Below, piece after piece: positions 57,753 through 64,000 of a DNA stretch of 64,000 nt. The stretch comes from Candidatus Multivoradales bacterium (GTDB lineage Bacteria > Acidobacteriota > Thermoanaerobaculia > Multivoradales > J023), in NCBI GenBank assembly GCA_965248925.1, contig CBDFLE010000006.1:576001-640000 (forward strand). The letters run 5' to 3'. The position numbers were made by a program, and so were the translations under genes. Each line of letters begins with the position of its first letter. Position 1 is the stretch's first letter. Under the pieces are notes generated by a model, which did not search any database, was not told the DNA's origin, and saw nothing but the letters and a program-made list of their open reading frames with translations.

Positions 57753-59039
57753 ATGTACATCCTCGACGCAACAATCCAGAACCTGCGCTCGATCCGACGG
57801 CTGCACTGGCAGATACCGAGGGCGAGGGCGGCCGGCTGGCACGTCGTGTTGGGACCCAATGGCTCTGGCAAGAGCTCATTTCTACAAGGACTGGCGCTGG
57901 GAATCGTTGGTCAGGATGGGAAGCAGATGGCGGCGCTTCCCTCGGACCCATGGGAGTGGATTCGTTTCGGCGAGCAGCAGCTTTCGACGCAGCTTCAACT
58001 CCACTTCGACGATCAATGGGACGCGGTATCGGGCTCCCACAAAGAGCTGACGGTCGGCTTCGAGGTTAGTCGAAACAAGACGCGAAGGTTCCCAGATAGC
58101 AGTTCTGTTTGGCATGCTCCAAGTGGGCCTGCCGAAGAGCCGTTCTCAGACGCCAAGGGCTGTTTCAGCGCATCGTTCGGCCCGATCCGGCGCTTTACTG
58201 GCAGCCGGCGAGAGCAGGAGAAAGGCGCCGCCAGGCACTCGTTGTTGGCGCCTCACCTACCGATCTTCGACAACAGCTACGTATCCGGAGAATCTGTCGA
58301 GTGGTTGCAATACCTTCGCCTGCGCCAACTTGAGGATCCAGGGAATGGCTCGCTCCTCAGTGATCTGGTGCGATTCGTCAACCAACCCGATCTACTGCCA
58401 TTCGCAACTCGCCTCGAGGAAGTGAATTCCGACGGAGTCCTCTTCATCGATGGTCAGCAAAACCGGGTCGAGATGGACGACCTCAGCGATGGATACCGCT
58501 CTATTCTCAGTCTGACCCTCGAGCTGGTCCGGCTGCTAGCTCGCATCTTCGACGAGAAGAAGATCTTCTCTAAGGGTGATCCAATTCAGGCATTCCCGCC
58601 CGGCGTCGTATTGATCGACGAGATCGACGCCCACCTGCACCCCAGCTGGCAGCGAGAAATTGGTTTCTCCCTACGCCGGCTATTTCCAAATCTGCAATTC
58701 ATCGTCACCACCCACAGCCCGCTGATCTGCCATGCGGCGGTCGACGGCAGTGTCTTCGTACTTCCCGAGCCGGGCAACGAAGAAAGTGGTGAGATGCTTG
58801 ACGGAGTGGCACTCGATCGGCTGCTCTACGGCGATATCTTGGAAGCCTACGCCTCCGGTGCCTTTGGCCTCAGCGGCGCCCGACCCGAGAATGCGCAGCA
58901 GCAACTTGACCGGCTCGCCAAGCTCAACTTGCAAGAGCTCGACCAGGGACTCGCCCCGGCTGAACGCGATGAACGGGATGCGCTTAGGGCCAAGTTTCCC
59001 AACGCGGCGCATCCCTTGGCCCATGCTTCAAATACCTGA
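57753..59039 (+). CDS. ABC-type ATPase, PtuA/Septu-like
   Basis: GPNGSGKS, LSDGYR, VLIDEID.HLHP.WQ and TTHSP motifs; no TM partner. Confidence 0.85.
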   Translation: MYILDATIQNLRSIRRLHWQIPRARAAGWHVVLGPNGSGKSSFLQGLALGIVGQDGKQMAALPSDPWEWIRFGEQQLSTQLQLHFDDQWDAVSGSHKELTVGFEVSRNKTRRFPDSSSVWHAPSGPAEEPFSDAKGCFSASFGPIRRFTGSRREQEKGAARHSLLAPHLPIFDNSYVSGESVEWLQYLRLRQLEDPGNGSLLSDLVRFVNQPDLLPFATRLEEVNSDGVLFIDGQQNRVEMDDLSDGYRSILSLTLELVRLLARIFDEKKIFSKGDPIQAFPPGVVLIDEIDAHLHPSWQREIGFSLRRLFPNLQFIVTTHSPLICHAAVDGSVFVLPEPGNEESGEMLDGVALDRLLYGDILEAYASGAFGLSGARPENAQQQLDRLAKLNLQELDQGLAPAERDERDALRAKFPNAAHPLAHASNT

Positions 59040-59832
59040 CCGCGACCTGTCAGTACCGGCAGCAGCCAAGCTACGGGACTACCAGGCCGACATCGACAAC
59101 CTGGACCAGTATTCGGCCAGGGTCCGCGAAGCCAAGAAGAGATTCAAGAGCCGCAATCGCGAGACCAACAAGACTTTCCGGGAGGTCCGAAAGACCCTCA
59201 GAGACATGTGTGGCGGGGTGTTGCGCTGCATGTACTGCGAGGACTCCTTGGCAGACCAGGTTGAGCACTTCAGGCCCAAGGCCCTCTATCCAGATGCGGT
59301 GTTCAGGTGGTCAAACTATCTGCTCATCTGCGGTCTTTGCAACCGCCTGAAAAGCAGCCGATTCTTGGTCTTGGAACCTGATTCCGGGCAGGTCTTGCAG
59401 ATCAGTCGCAGGCAATCAGAGCCCGTCACCCCGCCGCCGAACGGAAGAGCCGCATTAGTCTCTCCCCGCCGCGAGAATCCACTGGATCTCTTGCAGCTCG
59501 ACCTGATTGGTACCTTTCGTTTCCTACCTCGACTTGACTTGTCTTCAGTCGACCAGGAGCGAGCCGCGAAATCGATCGAGATCCTGGGTCTGAACCGACG
59601 CGATAATCTTCCAAGAGCCCGCCGTGACCAGTTCCAGGCCTACCTGGCTCTGCTGCATCGATACGGCGAGAAGATGCGAGCCGACGCGACGCCCGCAGCG
59701 CTGCTCCGCGTCAAGGAAGCCATTCTCAGCTTGCCGCATCCGACGGTGTGGGCAGAGATCAAGCGGCAGAAAGCGCATCTGCCGGAGATCGACGACCTGT
59801 TCAGTGAGATTCCCGAGGCCCTGGGATGGTGA
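59023..59832 (+). CDS. HNH endonuclease, PtuB-like
   Basis: CMYCE...VEHFRPK...W.N....C..CN..K; overlaps the ATPase gene. Confidence 0.85.
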   Translation: MLQIPDRDLSVPAAAKLRDYQADIDNLDQYSARVREAKKRFKSRNRETNKTFREVRKTLRDMCGGVLRCMYCEDSLADQVEHFRPKALYPDAVFRWSNYLLICGLCNRLKSSRFLVLEPDSGQVLQISRRQSEPVTPPPNGRAALVSPRRENPLDLLQLDLIGTFRFLPRLDLSSVDQERAAKSIEILGLNRRDNLPRARRDQFQAYLALLHRYGEKMRADATPAALLRVKEAILSLPHPTVWAEIKRQKAHLPEIDDLFSEIPEALGW

Positions 59833-60397
59833 GCGACTCCGAGAACCACCTCACCGAGCTGCTCGGGAGGTGGAGCGCGGGTGACCCGGCGGCACTCGAG
59901 GAGATGCTGCCGCTGGTCTACGACGAGCTGCGCCGCCTGGCCCGGCGGCATATGCGTCGGGAACGCTCGGCACACACCTTGCAGCCGACCGCGCTGGTGC
60001 ATGAGGTCTACTTGAAGCTGCTCGGCCAGCGCCGTGCCGAGTGGCAGGGGCGCACTCAGTTCTTCGCCATCGCCGCCCGCGTGATGCGGCGGGTGCTGGT
60101 CGATCACGCGCGCTCACGCAATTACCAGAAACGCGGCGGCGGCGCCCAGCGAGTGACCCTGGCCGACGATGCTATCCGCGCCGAGGCCCCGGCGGTGGAT
60201 CTGCTCGATCTCGACACCGCCCTCTCACGGCTGGCCGAATTCGATCCGCGCAAAGCGAAGGTGGTGGAGCTGCGGGTGTTCGGCGGCCTGACCATCGACG
60301 AGACCGCCAGCTCACTCGAGGTCGCCACCGGCACGGTGATCAACGACTACGCGGTCGCTCGCGCCTGGCTCTATCGCCAGCTCGGGGGCACCAGCGG

Positions 60398-60401
<4 letters not shown>
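59826..60401 (+). CDS. ECF sigma factor, kinase-associated type
   Basis: HTLQPTALVHEVYL.L and VELR.FGGL motifs. Confidence 0.93.
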
Positions 60402-63073
<2,672 letters not shown>

Positions 63074-63089
63074 GTGCCAAGGCCGCACC

Positions 63090-63722
63090 TCAGCCACTCG
63101 GCGGACACAATCCAGCAAGCTCACAGATCATATCCACATCCAGAGAGTCGACGCTGCCATCGTGATTGACATCTGAGCTGCAATCAGTGCCATTGGCTCG
63201 TACCACCACGAGTAGATCTGTGGGATCGAGACCACCACTCTCATCGATGTCGGCCATGGGGTGGTAGTCCGGATCTCCAAACCAGGCCATCTCCGCCAGG
63301 TGCTGATCGATGCCGGCAACGCGACCGTTGTGGTCGAGGTCGATGCGACATTGCAGACCCAGGTCAGCGGTGACCTGGTCGAGATCCTGCACATCGACCC
63401 CACCATCATCATTGAGGTCACCCTTGACTCCGCAATCGCCCCAGTTGCCGAGCAAGATGAGAAGATCGCCACGACCGACGAATCCGTTCTCATTGAAGTC
63501 CGCCTGGCAGCCGCCGCAAGCACCAAAACGTGCCACCAGGACGCCGACATCGTCGTAGTCCACCTGATGATCGCCGGTCAAATCCTTGCACCAGATCTCC
63601 TCCTCGATGGTGTCCAGGCCAGCCCACAGTGGTGTAGCGAGCACCAGTGGCATGGCGAACAGCAGGGGTGTGGCGAGCAACACGAGGACTTCCAGCGCGG
63701 TCGGGAGCTCCCGTCTGGTCAT
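63090..63722 (-). CDS. Secreted protein of dockerin/EF-hand-like Ca-binding repeats
   Basis: AGGAGG RBS, hydrophobic N-terminus, six D.N.DG.V...D-like loops. Confidence 0.75.
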   Translation of the reverse strand: MTRRELPTALEVLVLLATPLLFAMPLVLATPLWAGLDTIEEEIWCKDLTGDHQVDYDDVGVLVARFGACGGCQADFNENGFVGRGDLLILLGNWGDCGVKGDLNDDGGVDVQDLDQVTADLGLQCRIDLDHNGRVAGIDQHLAEMAWFGDPDYHPMADIDESGGLDPTDLLVVVRANGTDCSSDVNHDGSVDSLDVDMICELAGLCPPSG

Positions 63723-64000
63723 CGTTCTCCTCCTTTCCTAGGGTTATCTTCCGAGCGTAAAGGGTACGCCCTTTCCTGAAGACGCGACAAACCTCGGCGG
63801 ACTCACCAGCGGGCCTGCAAGAAAGTTGGGCAAAGAGAGCGCCGGCTCCCGACGGCACTCACCCCACCCCGAACCTGACCCCTCGCTCAACCCTGGCAGA
63901 TCGGTGCTGGACCGCCTTGAAATAGATAGGCGAAGAGGAAGGAGGGATCCACGATACTGGTGCTGCCGTCGCCATTTACATCGCCGCTACTACAGACCGG

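Noticed and set aside
57753-59832. Retron system
   Set aside because: No reverse transcriptase and no room for msr-msd upstream
60041-60397. N-terminal extensions in the ORF track (also for aroC, panB, panC, HNH, enoyl-CoA hydratase)
   Set aside because: They overlap neighbouring genes or lack an RBS; downstream starts fit family N-termini better

Overview
High-GC bacterial chromosomal window. The gene families (acidobacterial-type VWA protein, ECF sigma/Ser-Thr kinase pairs, HTH-TPR regulator) suggest Acidobacteriota, possibly Thermoanaerobaculia-like; this is an inference. Housekeeping blocks (aroC, panBECD, E2/lpdA, class I aldolase, peptidases, amino-acid dehydrogenase) alternate with accessory blocks. 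The accessory blocks are: a decaying FHA-sigma54 activator/kinase module beside a hydrazine-synthase-alpha-like heme protein, several secreted Cys-rich proteins, two toxin-antitoxin pairs, a soluble-adenylyl-cyclase-like STAND protein with a TonB receptor, two ECF/kinase modules and a Septu-like ATPase-HNH pair. The most unusual feature is a ~7.9 kb island with no recognisable integrase (40337-48319), bounded by a 106-bp direct repeat of the 3' end of a cholesterol-oxidase-like gene. It carries an IS3-disrupted HTH-TPR gene, a divergent chain of five translationally coupled unknown ORFs, a second diverged copy of that operon's leader, and two secreted cargo genes. No rRNA, tRNA or CRISPR array was seen. 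All calls come from reading motifs by eye; no database search was run.
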